This document shows positions 19,964 through 27,539 of a stretch of DNA of 64,000 nucleotides, one piece after another. Origin of the DNA: an uncultured Alphaproteobacteria bacterium. GTDB lineage: Bacteria; Pseudomonadota; Alphaproteobacteria; Micavibrionales; Micavibrionaceae. The position numbers and the translations under genes are program-made. The stretch lies in assembly GCA_937934135.1 (NCBI GenBank), contig CALHAW010000005.1:1034-65033 (forward strand), read 5' to 3'. The notes beneath the pieces were generated by a model that was not told the origin of the DNA, made no database searches, and saw only the letters and a program-made list of their open reading frames with translations. Position 1 is the first letter of the stretch, and each line of letters begins with the position of its first letter.

Positions 19964-21277
19964 TTATCCGCCCTTCTTATCTCGCAATTTACTCCAATAA
20001 TCTAGGCGTTTTTTAATATCGCGCTCAAACCCACGTTCTACGGGTTGATAAAATTCTGTACGGTTCATCTCATCGGGGAAATAATTTTGACCTGAAAAGC
20101 CATCTTTGGTGTCAGGATCATATTGATATCCATCCCCATACCCCAACGCCTTCATCATCCCTGTTGGGGCATTTAAAATATGGGCGGGCGGCATGAGCGA
20201 GCCTGTCTGCTTTGCCGCTTTCATTGCTTTCTTATAGGCCACATAGGCCGCATTTGATTTTGGCGCTGTCGCCAAATAAACCAAGGCTTGCGCCAAAGCC
20301 AATTCCCCTTCGGGAGAGCCGAGCCGTTCATACGTTTCCCACGCCGCCGTACATTGGTTGAGTGCATTGGGATCAGCCATGCCAATGTCCTCAACTGCCA
20401 TACGGGTCAGGCGGCGCGCTAAATATTTTGGGTCCTCACCGCCCGCTAACATCCGTGCAAACCAATAAAGCGCCGCATCTACATCCGACCCCCGCACAGA
20501 TTTATGCAGCGCGCTGATCAAATTATAATGCCTATCATCGCTCTTATCATATAATGGGCTTCGTTTTTGTAATATTGCCGTGAGCGCTTCACGATTCAGC
20601 GTCTCTTTATATCCCACAATTTGTTCAACCATTGTTAAGAGATAGCGCCCATCGCCATCGGCAAGGGCTTTAATCGTTTCCCGCGCTTCATTATTCAACG
20701 GTAACGTGCGTTGTAATTCTTCTTCCGCCCGCCTTAAAATCTGTTCCAACGCCGCATCATCAAGGCGTTTTAAAACCAATACTTGGCACCGTGATAATAA
20801 TGCGGCGTTTAATTCAAAGGATGGGTTTTCTGTTGTGGCTCCAATTAAAGTAATAGTACCGTCTTCCATGACGGGAAGAAATGCGTCTTGTTGTGATTTG
20901 TTAAAGCGGTGAATTTCATCCACGAATAATAAAGTTCCTTGCCCATTTTGACGGCGTATCTTTGCACTTTCAAAAACACGTTTTAAATCCGCGACGCCAG
21001 AAAAGATCGCAGATATTTGTTCATAATGATAATTCGTATGATCCGCTAAAATACGGGCTATCGTTGTTTTACCGCACCCTGGAGGCCCCCAAAATATAAG
21101 CGATGACAGTTTATTATTTTCTATCATGCATTTTAGCGTGCCATTCACCCCCACTAAATGATCTTGCCCCGTCACATCATCCAGTGTTTTAGGCCGCAAA
21201 ATATCCGCCAGCGGACGGCTTAAAATATCACGCGCGCCTTCACTAGATTCAGTAACATCAAATAAATTATGAGACAT
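19964..21277 (-). CDS. rarA: replication-associated recombination protein A (AAA+ ATPase)
   Basis: Walker A GPPGCGKTT, LFVDEIHRFNK, and the MgsA C-terminal region HKSVRGSDVDAALYW. Confidence 0.93.
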   Translation of the reverse strand: MSHNLFDVTESSEGARDILSRPLADILRPKTLDDVTGQDHLVGVNGTLKCMIENNKLSSLIFWGPPGCGKTTIARILADHTNYHYEQISAIFSGVADLKRVFESAKIRRQNGQGTLLFVDEIHRFNKSQQDAFLPVMEDGTITLIGATTENPSFELNAALLSRCQVLVLKRLDDAALEQILRRAEEELQRTLPLNNEARETIKALADGDGRYLLTMVEQIVGYKETLNREALTAILQKRSPLYDKSDDRHYNLISALHKSVRGSDVDAALYWFARMLAGGEDPKYLARRLTRMAVEDIGMADPNALNQCTAAWETYERLGSPEGELALAQALVYLATAPKSNAAYVAYKKAMKAAKQTGSLMPPAHILNAPTGMMKALGYGDGYQYDPDTKDGFSGQNYFPDEMNRTEFYQPVERGFERDIKKRLDYWSKLRDKKGG

Positions 21278-21348
21278 AAGAAGAACGTAAAGATTTAACG
21301 TCCAAAAGCCAAGGATTTATAAAGAGTTTATAAGGGCTTTATACGAAT

Positions 21349-22782
21349 TTAACGAATAACAATCTGCATCACTTTACCATCACGTTCAATCGCAATTTCA
21401 AATACGCCGCGGGCGGTGGCCTGCTCTAGCTCTTTTTGTAAATCACGAATATCTTTAATATCATCACCATTGACGGAAACAATAATATCTCCTGCGCGGA
21501 TAAAACGGTTTGCACGGCTTTGCCCACCTTTAAGGACAACAACCCCTTCACGGCTTGTTTCAATCCTTAATTCGACTGATACAGCAGGGTTAAGATTGCC
21601 CACTGTTACACTATTTAACGGATTATTCCCTTTTAAAATCGTTTCATTGCGCGGCGGATCATTGGGGGCAACCATTGCCTCCATCACAAGGCGCCTGATC
21701 TTACCATCCCGAAAGATTGTTAAATCAGCCATCTGCCCTATGGGTACTGTTGCAAGGCGGAATTTTAACTCTGCCGCATCGGCAATCTCACGATCATTAA
21801 TTTTCGTGACAACATCGCCCACCTTCAGACCAGCTTTTTTTGCAGGGCTGTCTTTATGCAAGTTAGAAATAAGCACACCGCGGGGACGCTTTAGCCCCAA
21901 TGAATCCGCGATATCGGGTGTAACGGCCTGCCCACCTGCGCCAATCCATGGGCGCACGGCTTCCGCGGTTTTTGCGCCTGATTTTTCTGCAGCTATCACC
22001 GTTGCCACCATTTCAGAAGGGATTGCAAAACCAATCCCCAGTGATCCTCCAGAACGTGAATAAATTGCCGTATTAATCCCAATCACACTGCCATCCATCG
22101 CCACCAGCGGCCCGCCAGAGTTACCTGGATTAATCGCCGCGTCTGTTTGGATAAAGAAATTAAAGTCATTAATATTAAGCGAAGAGCGCGCCAAAGCAGA
22201 GATAATGCCGCTTGTCACAGTTTGTCCCACACCAAAGGGATTTCCAATCGCCAAAACCAAGTCACCCACTTCCAGCGACTCGCTCGGCTTTAAGGTCGCA
22301 AAGGGTAAACGCTCCCCCTTGGTTTTCATGCGTAAGATGGCAAGGTCGGAGCTTTTATCCGTTAACGATAATTCTGCATCAAATTCCCGTCCATCTTTTA
22401 AAACAACCGATATTTCCTGTGCGTCCTTTACCACATGGGCATTTGTTACCACAACGCCATTGGCTTCAACAATTAACCCTGTACCCAAGGAACTCTCAAG
22501 CTGCTCGCTCAATAATCCTCCGCCAAAATTTTTACCAAAGAATTGTTGGAAAAAAGGGTCATTACCAAACGGACTGCTTCGTTTTGTCACAATGCGTTTG
22601 GTGTAAATATTGACGACGGAAGGCGAAACCTCCTTCACCAACGGCGCAAAAGAAAGCTGAATCTGTGTACGATTTTGCGGCAATTCACGCGCCTGCAAAA
22701 ACGTCGTTGCCCCAATCATAATAAAAAGAATAGCAAAAAACTGAATAATTCGTATAACCATAAGGATACATTTAACCATCAA
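21349..22782 (-). CDS. degP: DegP/HtrA (Do family) periplasmic serine protease with two PDZ domains
   Basis: GTGLIV..VVTNAHVV, DLAIL and GNSGGPL catalytic triad contexts, with a signal/TM at the N-terminus. Confidence 0.9.
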   Translation of the reverse strand: MMVKCILMVIRIIQFFAILFIMIGATTFLQARELPQNRTQIQLSFAPLVKEVSPSVVNIYTKRIVTKRSSPFGNDPFFQQFFGKNFGGGLLSEQLESSLGTGLIVEANGVVVTNAHVVKDAQEISVVLKDGREFDAELSLTDKSSDLAILRMKTKGERLPFATLKPSESLEVGDLVLAIGNPFGVGQTVTSGIISALARSSLNINDFNFFIQTDAAINPGNSGGPLVAMDGSVIGINTAIYSRSGGSLGIGFAIPSEMVATVIAAEKSGAKTAEAVRPWIGAGGQAVTPDIADSLGLKRPRGVLISNLHKDSPAKKAGLKVGDVVTKINDREIADAAELKFRLATVPIGQMADLTIFRDGKIRRLVMEAMVAPNDPPRNETILKGNNPLNSVTVGNLNPAVSVELRIETSREGVVVLKGGQSRANRFIRAGDIIVSVNGDDIKDIRDLQKELEQATARGVFEIAIERDGKVMQIVIR

Positions 22783-22800
22783 TTTTGGCAGGTTTAGGGC

Positions 22801-23619
22801 ATGAAAAAGAAAATTTCAGATTTTATACAAAACAATACACCTATTGTGTGCCTCACTGCTTATACCGCGCCTATGGCAATGATGGCAGATAAGCATTGCG
22901 ATCTATTGCTGGTCGGGGATAGCGTTTCTATGGTGCTTTATGGCGAATACACCACCCAAAAAGCAGATATGGAGATGATGATCCGTCATGGTAAAGCCGT
23001 CGCAAAATCTGCGGAACACGCGCTCATAGTGGTTGATATGCCGTATGGTTCCTACGAAGAAACACCAGAACAGGCCTTGCAAAACGCCAAATGGATCATG
23101 GAAGAAACAAATTGCGATGCCGTGAAATTGGAAGGCGGCAGTGAGCAAGCCAACACCATTCAAATACTCACTGGGAATAATATTCCCGTGATGGCCCATA
23201 TTGGCCTCACGCCACAATCGGTTGCAACCCCTGATGGATACCGGGTTCAAGGACGTGATAACGAGGCCGCCAAACAGTTAATCAAAGATATGAAAGCCGT
23301 GGAGCGCGCAGGCGCATTTTGTGTTGTAATCGAAGCTGTGCCAGAACCGCTCGCCGCTGCGCTCACATCACAGGCCAATATTCCAACCATCGGCATTGGC
23401 GCATCCGCGGTCTGTGATGGACAAATTTTAGTCACTGAAGACATGCTCGGCCTATCGCTCGGCAAGCCGCCAAAATTTGTGAAGCAATATGCGATGTTTG
23501 CAGATAATATTGAAAACGCTATCCAAACTTATGCCAAGGATGTGAAAAACCGCACATTTCCTGCCCCAGAAAACACTTATAAAGCCAGCAATAATAGCAA
23601 AAAAGATAAAGCGGCCTAA
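22801..23619 (+). CDS. panB: 3-methyl-2-oxobutanoate hydroxymethyltransferase
   Basis: LTAYTAPMA, LLVGDSVSMV, VKLEGG, MAHIGLTPQS. Confidence 0.93.
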   Translation: MKKKISDFIQNNTPIVCLTAYTAPMAMMADKHCDLLLVGDSVSMVLYGEYTTQKADMEMMIRHGKAVAKSAEHALIVVDMPYGSYEETPEQALQNAKWIMEETNCDAVKLEGGSEQANTIQILTGNNIPVMAHIGLTPQSVATPDGYRVQGRDNEAAKQLIKDMKAVERAGAFCVVIEAVPEPLAAALTSQANIPTIGIGASAVCDGQILVTEDMLGLSLGKPPKFVKQYAMFADNIENAIQTYAKDVKNRTFPAPENTYKASNNSKKDKAA

Positions 23620-23637
23620 AACTGATATAATTCAGTA

Positions 23638-24066
23638 CTAATTATATTGCGGCTTTCCATCCTCTTCTCCAAAATTGGGGTTACCTACTTTTTTGACGGT
23701 GTAGGTATCAATAGATAAGCATAAATTTTGTTCAATATTTCTGGCCAAACTCTCAGGGATATTTGAAATTGTCAGCGTCACTTCATTATCAACAAAATTA
23801 ATTGTCCGCTTAATATCCTCAACCGGTATATCCACCACGGGGCAGGATTCTAATTTAGGTTTGGTATTCTGATACGCCAACGTAATCCATTCGCCTTTGT
23901 AAGATTCAATTTTATGCGATTTCTGAAAGGCTCGATCCATCTTGATAACTGCCCTCATCTTTGCCTTATCATATGCCGCTTCATCAACTTCAATAATAAA
24001 TTTTTCTTTCAGTTGAACCTGAACATAGGCACTTTCATGGCTTGGCGGCGGGGGAAGATAATCCAT
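23638..24066 (-). CDS. hypothetical protein (orphan)
   Basis: 142-aa ORF with no motif recognised. Lies in an AT-richer stretch next to the MFS-like gene. Confidence 0.4.
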   Translation of the reverse strand: MDYLPPPPSHESAYVQVQLKEKFIIEVDEAAYDKAKMRAVIKMDRAFQKSHKIESYKGEWITLAYQNTKPKLESCPVVDIPVEDIKRTINFVDNEVTLTISNIPESLARNIEQNLCLSIDTYTVKKVGNPNFGEEDGKPQYN

Positions 24067-24320
24067 ATCGTTTCGCTTTTTATAATGATCTATTTTAAAT
24101 TCGTTCAGAATCTAAAAAAGTTTCATAAGCGATAGCGATTTGAAGAAAAGATGAAGGGATTCATATAAATATTTTAAACAATTGGTTTTAATGAGAATTA
24201 TACAATTCGAATTAATAAGTTACCTCCATTTGTACCCCCATATGCAATGGGCATAGCTATTTTTTAAGAAGAAATAAGTTCATTATTGCCAATAAAGTTA
24301 TGTATCTGCTTACATATTTT

Positions 24321-25508
24321 TTATAATTGTTCATCTAATAATTTTTTACAGTAGATATAGCTTACAAAAGCTCCAAGAGAACACGCCAGAAGGCAGTATG
24401 GTAATGCTGCGTTGCCAAATATGAAGGCGGCAAGCGCCATTATATTGAGAACTATGAATTCCCAAAAACAGATAGCCATATGCCATACAGCTCCGAAAGA
24501 TAGTACAGATAGTCTATTATCTTTAATAGATTTATGAATTCGCGGAAAAATTGTACCAAAGAACATTAATAACCCTGTTCTTTGTAGTGTATCAGCAAAG
24601 AAAAAGCTAAACTTACTGGAAGCAAAGAAAGCGTAAGTTAGCATTCCTAATGAATGTATTGAAACGGCTAACCGCAAGGGTGAATGGCCAGATGTTTTAT
24701 CAACCCAGATACCTTGTAGTAAAAGAATGATGATTTGCACAGCGATGGCCATAGCGGCAACGATAGAAATATCTTGGAAGCTTTCTGTCGAGATATATAG
24801 AATAATTGGCACAAATGTAAAGCTACCAATAATAAGGAATTGAAAGCCAAGTGATAGAAAAAGTAAATTTCTTTTCTCTAATGCAAACACATCAGCGTAA
24901 GTTTTTTTCACGTCAACATCTTCAATACCTTTTAAACGGTCTTCCATTTTGGCAACGCATAGAAGGCTGCAAAGCCAGAAGAATCCACAAATAAAACTGA
25001 TACCGAGTAACCCAAAGTTATCAATCATCCACCCTGAAATAAGGACAGCTGTCAAAGTTATTAGGCTAGATATGCAGTTAATAATAGAAAAAGCACGTCC
25101 ACGATTTTGGTTTTTCACGTAAACGGTTTGTAGTATCATGTCTGGTGGATTTTGAAAGCCATTGGCTATACCACTAAAAATTAGACCGAGTAGTACAAAA
25201 GTTGTACTATCAGCTGCAAAAGATAAAAAAACCAAACTTAGAAAATAAGCAGCGAAACTCAAACCAAATGTAAGGGTGATGCCATAGCGCCCAGCTAGAT
25301 ACGAACCAAATGGAGATAATATTCCCATTAAAGTAAAATTTGCAGCTTGGTATAAAATAATCCAGTGAAGTTCTAAACCAAGTTCATAAAGCCATCCCCC
25401 AATAAAGAGCCCCATGGTAAGAAATGCAGCCCCTTTAAAGGCATTTTGTCCATAAAGGAAAGCATGGTTTCTGTCGGGAAAATAACTTGTTAGAATATCT
25501 TTCAGCAT
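24321..25508 (-). CDS. MFS-like multi-pass membrane transporter
   Basis: About 12 hydrophobic spans with a central charged loop (KMEDRLKGIEDVDVKK), as in MFS 6+6 topology. Visibly AT-rich. Confidence 0.6.
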   Translation of the reverse strand: MLKDILTSYFPDRNHAFLYGQNAFKGAAFLTMGLFIGGWLYELGLELHWIILYQAANFTLMGILSPFGSYLAGRYGITLTFGLSFAAYFLSLVFLSFAADSTTFVLLGLIFSGIANGFQNPPDMILQTVYVKNQNRGRAFSIINCISSLITLTAVLISGWMIDNFGLLGISFICGFFWLCSLLCVAKMEDRLKGIEDVDVKKTYADVFALEKRNLLFLSLGFQFLIIGSFTFVPIILYISTESFQDISIVAAMAIAVQIIILLLQGIWVDKTSGHSPLRLAVSIHSLGMLTYAFFASSKFSFFFADTLQRTGLLMFFGTIFPRIHKSIKDNRLSVLSFGAVWHMAICFWEFIVLNIMALAAFIFGNAALPYCLLACSLGAFVSYIYCKKLLDEQL

Positions 25509-25850
25509 ATTAGTATCACAATCAGCATGTAAAAAGCTTAATGTTACAGGTATTTCTTCATTACTTACAATCGTTATTATAGAAAAATCTTTTTAAAAAT
25601 TATCTTCTTTTAAAGAGATTCAATTTATTACATAGTAATGTTGAGTTTGCTTTGTTGCAGACTTGGGGCGTAGTAACCCTTTTTAACTGGCGGCTGGCAT
25701 CAGTCGTTACTTGGTGTTTTTTCCATCACATTGATAGATCAAACATCAACAGATGCCGCATCTCGGTCTTATGACTGGGATCGGCAGTCATGTCCAAGGC
25801 TTCGGCTTAAAAGCTGTCGGCCATTACCAGTTAGTGGTTACTACATCCCA

Positions 25851-25882
25851 GTCACCAAGAGCAATCTTGGTGGCTTTTCTTT
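25851..25882 (+). terminator. intrinsic terminator at the 3' end of a structured leader
   Basis: GTCACCAAGA-GCAA-TCTTGGTGGC stem (25851-25860 / 25865-74) followed by TTTTCTTT. Confidence 0.55.
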
Positions 25883-25904
25883 AATTAAGAAAGGGGATTA
25901 AAAC

Positions 25905-26084
25905 ATGCAAAAATTTGTATTTATTTTTAGTATTTTATTACTGGCATCTTGCCAAACTACAAGCATTACACCTGACATGCAGAAAGAACTGAATGTCAAA
26001 GAATCTTATAACCCATTGTGCATTGTCAAGGTCAAATTCGCTCCACTTAGATTCAATCAATTCTTTTGTTCTGACAAAAGTTAG
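25905..26084 (+). pseudogene. 59-codon ORF: lipoprotein signal peptide fused to sequence antisense to an integrase fragment (probable gene remnant)
   Basis: AAGGGG SD 7 nt upstream of the ATG. MQKFVFIFSILLLASC carries a lipobox. From about 26007 onward the ORF reads antisense of the integrase-like frame. Confidence 0.35.
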
Positions 26085-26272
26085 CATCAGCAATCTGATT
26101 GCTTGACGTGTATCGTGATGTAATCGAGCATCATTACGTTCTATTGCATCTAACAATTCTGGTATTTCTTTAATCTCAATGCAGGGGTAATGCTTTCTTA
26201 CTATTGGTTGTAGGACTTGGCTAATTTCAGATGCTGGATTTGTTTGGGCAATTTCATGAATGATGGAGAAGA
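26007..26272 (-). pseudogene. internal fragment of a P4-type tyrosine integrase
   Basis: The frame reads ...KHYPCIEIKEIPELLDAIERNDARLHHDTRQAIRLLMLTFVRTKELIESKWSEFDLDNAQWVI. This matches the mid-section of tRNA-associated integrases (LTxVRxxEL..W.eiDl....W.IP). The N-terminal domain and the catalytic R/HxxR/Y region are absent. Confidence 0.55.
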
Positions 26273-26275
26273 AAT

Positions 26276-26350
26276 TGGAGCGGGTGAAGAGATTCGAACT
26301 CTCGGCTTCAACCTTGGCAAGGTTGCGCTCTACCCCTGAGCTACACCCGC
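26276..26350 (-). tRNA. tRNA-Gly (anticodon GCC), CCA encoded
   Basis: The reverse complement GCGGGTGTAGCTCAGGGGTAGAGCGCAACCTTGCCAAGGTTGAAGCCGAGAGTTCGAATCTCTTCACCCGCTCCA folds as a cloverleaf: 7-bp acceptor, GCTC/GAGC D stem, CAACC/GGTTG anticodon stem, TTCGAAT T-loop. Confidence 0.93.
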
Positions 26351-26438
26351 TCAAATCCTGATGAATTAGGATAGATTTAGACGTTATAGGCCATTTTCAT
26401 CGAAAATCAAGCCCCCTCTTACCCAAAAAAGACAAAAA

Positions 26439-26467
26439 TTGACGCTTAATTCACTCTGCTTTATAAA
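26439..26467 (+). promoter_or_regulatory. sigma70-like promoter (TTGACG-N17-TATAAA)
   Basis: The -10 element ends 6 nt before the ATG at 26474, so the predicted transcript would be essentially leaderless. Confidence 0.35.
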
Positions 26468-26473
26468 AACTCC

Positions 26474-27031
26474 ATGACACAGACAATACAAAATACCGAA
26501 ACGCCAAATGATGGCGCGGATCTTCCCACCACGCCAGCGGCCTTTATGGAACAATTAACGGCGCTGAATATTCCCTTTGATCTTTATCATCATCAAGCGG
26601 TTTTCACGGTAGAAGAAAGCGAAGCCGTAGACGCGGATATTCCCGGCACCCATTGCCGCAATTTATTTTTGCGGGATAAGAAAAAAAAGAACTTCCTGCT
26701 CGTCCTGCAAAATGCAACCGAAATTGATATCAATAAAGTACCAGCACTGATTAATTCTGCACGGCTTTCTTTTGGCTCTGCTGATCGCTTATGGGAATTT
26801 TTAGGTGTACGTCCTGGTTCTGTTTGCCCGTTCTCCATTACCAATGATACCGATCATAAAGTCAAAATCATCCTTGATAAAAGCATGATGGAAAAGGATT
26901 TGGTCGCCTATCACCCCTTAATCAACACCATGACCATCACGATTAAGCCCAATGATCTGATTAAATTCATTGAAAGCACAGGCCATAAAGCGCATATTGT
27001 TGACCTAAGTGCCGCAAAACCCAATACTTAA
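26474..27031 (+). CDS. YbaK/ProX-type aminoacyl-tRNA editing domain protein
   Basis: [18 protein letters not shown]....[24 protein letters not shown] matches the prolyl-tRNA synthetase-associated (YbaK/ProX) domain pattern. Confidence 0.8.
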   Translation: MTQTIQNTETPNDGADLPTTPAAFMEQLTALNIPFDLYHHQAVFTVEESEAVDADIPGTHCRNLFLRDKKKKNFLLVLQNATEIDINKVPALINSARLSFGSADRLWEFLGVRPGSVCPFSITNDTDHKVKIILDKSMMEKDLVAYHPLINTMTITIKPNDLIKFIESTGHKAHIVDLSAAKPNT

Positions 27032-27075
27032 GGAGACGCCGTAGCGGGCCTACTCGCCTGAGGCTAAAAATACAA

Positions 27076-27270
27076 ATGACACAAAAAATAGACCCCAAAC
27101 TCCTCGAAATCCTTGTCTGTCCTATCAGTAAAGTGCCTTTACGCTATGACGAAGCCGCGCAAGAACTTTTGTCTGATCAAGCCGCCCTCGCCTATCCCAT
27201 TCGCGACGGAATCCCCGTTATGCTCCCCGACGAAGCCCGCCAGATGGATAAGGGTGAGGTGAAGAAGTAG
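27076..27270 (+). CDS. Trm112/UPF0434 family protein
   Basis: 64 aa: [17 protein letters not shown]....[17 protein letters not shown]. Confidence 0.8.
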   Translation: MTQKIDPKLLEILVCPISKVPLRYDEAAQELLSDQAALAYPIRDGIPVMLPDEARQMDKGEVKK

Positions 27271-27321
27271 TAGTGAAGAAATAATTGACTCTTACCTGTC
27301 AAAAAGATTAAAACATTTAAT

Positions 27322-27378
27322 ATGAATTTAAGAGCAAACAGCCTTTTATCACTCCTGCTCCTCCTTATCGCCCTCTAA
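27322..27378 (+). promoter_or_regulatory. candidate Leu-rich leader peptide upstream of leuA
   Basis: ATG AAT TTA AGA GCA AAC AGC CTT TTA TCA CTC CTG CTC CTC CTT ATC GCC CTC TAA = MNLRANSLLSLLLLLIAL. 9 of 18 codons are Leu. It ends 161 nt before leuA. Confidence 0.5.
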
Positions 27379-27539
27379 ACGGGAATGAGGCATTTTTTAA
27401 TGCTTACGTTTAGAGGATTTCAAAAATCACAAAATTTAATATATTAACAGCCATAGCATATTTGATCGCTATCAGCTTAAAGAAAGAATAGCCGTAGGCG
27501 GCTTGCCGCCCCGAGGCCTTAAAAAAGCAAGGAATTACG

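Noticed and set aside
21416-22613. Plus-strand ORFs of 215 aa, 133 aa and 133 aa antisense to degP
   Set aside because: They are low-complexity Ser/Pro/Arg-rich translations with no start context. The degP frame has the complete catalytic triad and PDZ domains.
24190-24220. ATTCGAA match to the tRNA-Gly T-arm as a possible attR repeat of the islet
   Set aside because: Only 7 nt are identical (acaATTCGAAtta versus gagATTCGAActc), which is far below what is needed to call a direct repeat. No other convincing copy of the tRNA 3' half was seen in 23600-26000.
25660-25850. Structured region as tmRNA, RNase P RNA, SRP RNA, 6S RNA, a retron msr/msd or a known riboswitch
   Set aside because: No T-loop GGTTCGA or CCA tail or tag ORF (tmRNA). 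No GAGGAAAGTCC (RNase P). No GGAAGCAGCC (SRP). No long msd hairpin or adjacent reverse transcriptase (retron). None of the riboswitch core motifs I know are present. It is left unclassified.
25938-26354. 138-aa ORF from the track treated as an intact gene
   Set aside because: Its first 26 codons are simply the tRNA-Gly sequence read as protein. Its last 20 or so codons are antisense to the lipoprotein-signal ORF. Only the middle is integrase-like, so it is called a pseudogene fragment instead.
27491-27517. GC-rich hairpin before leuA as the attenuator terminator
   Set aside because: It is followed by TTAAAAAAG rather than a U-tract, and the stem is imperfect. It cannot be called an intrinsic terminator from sequence alone.
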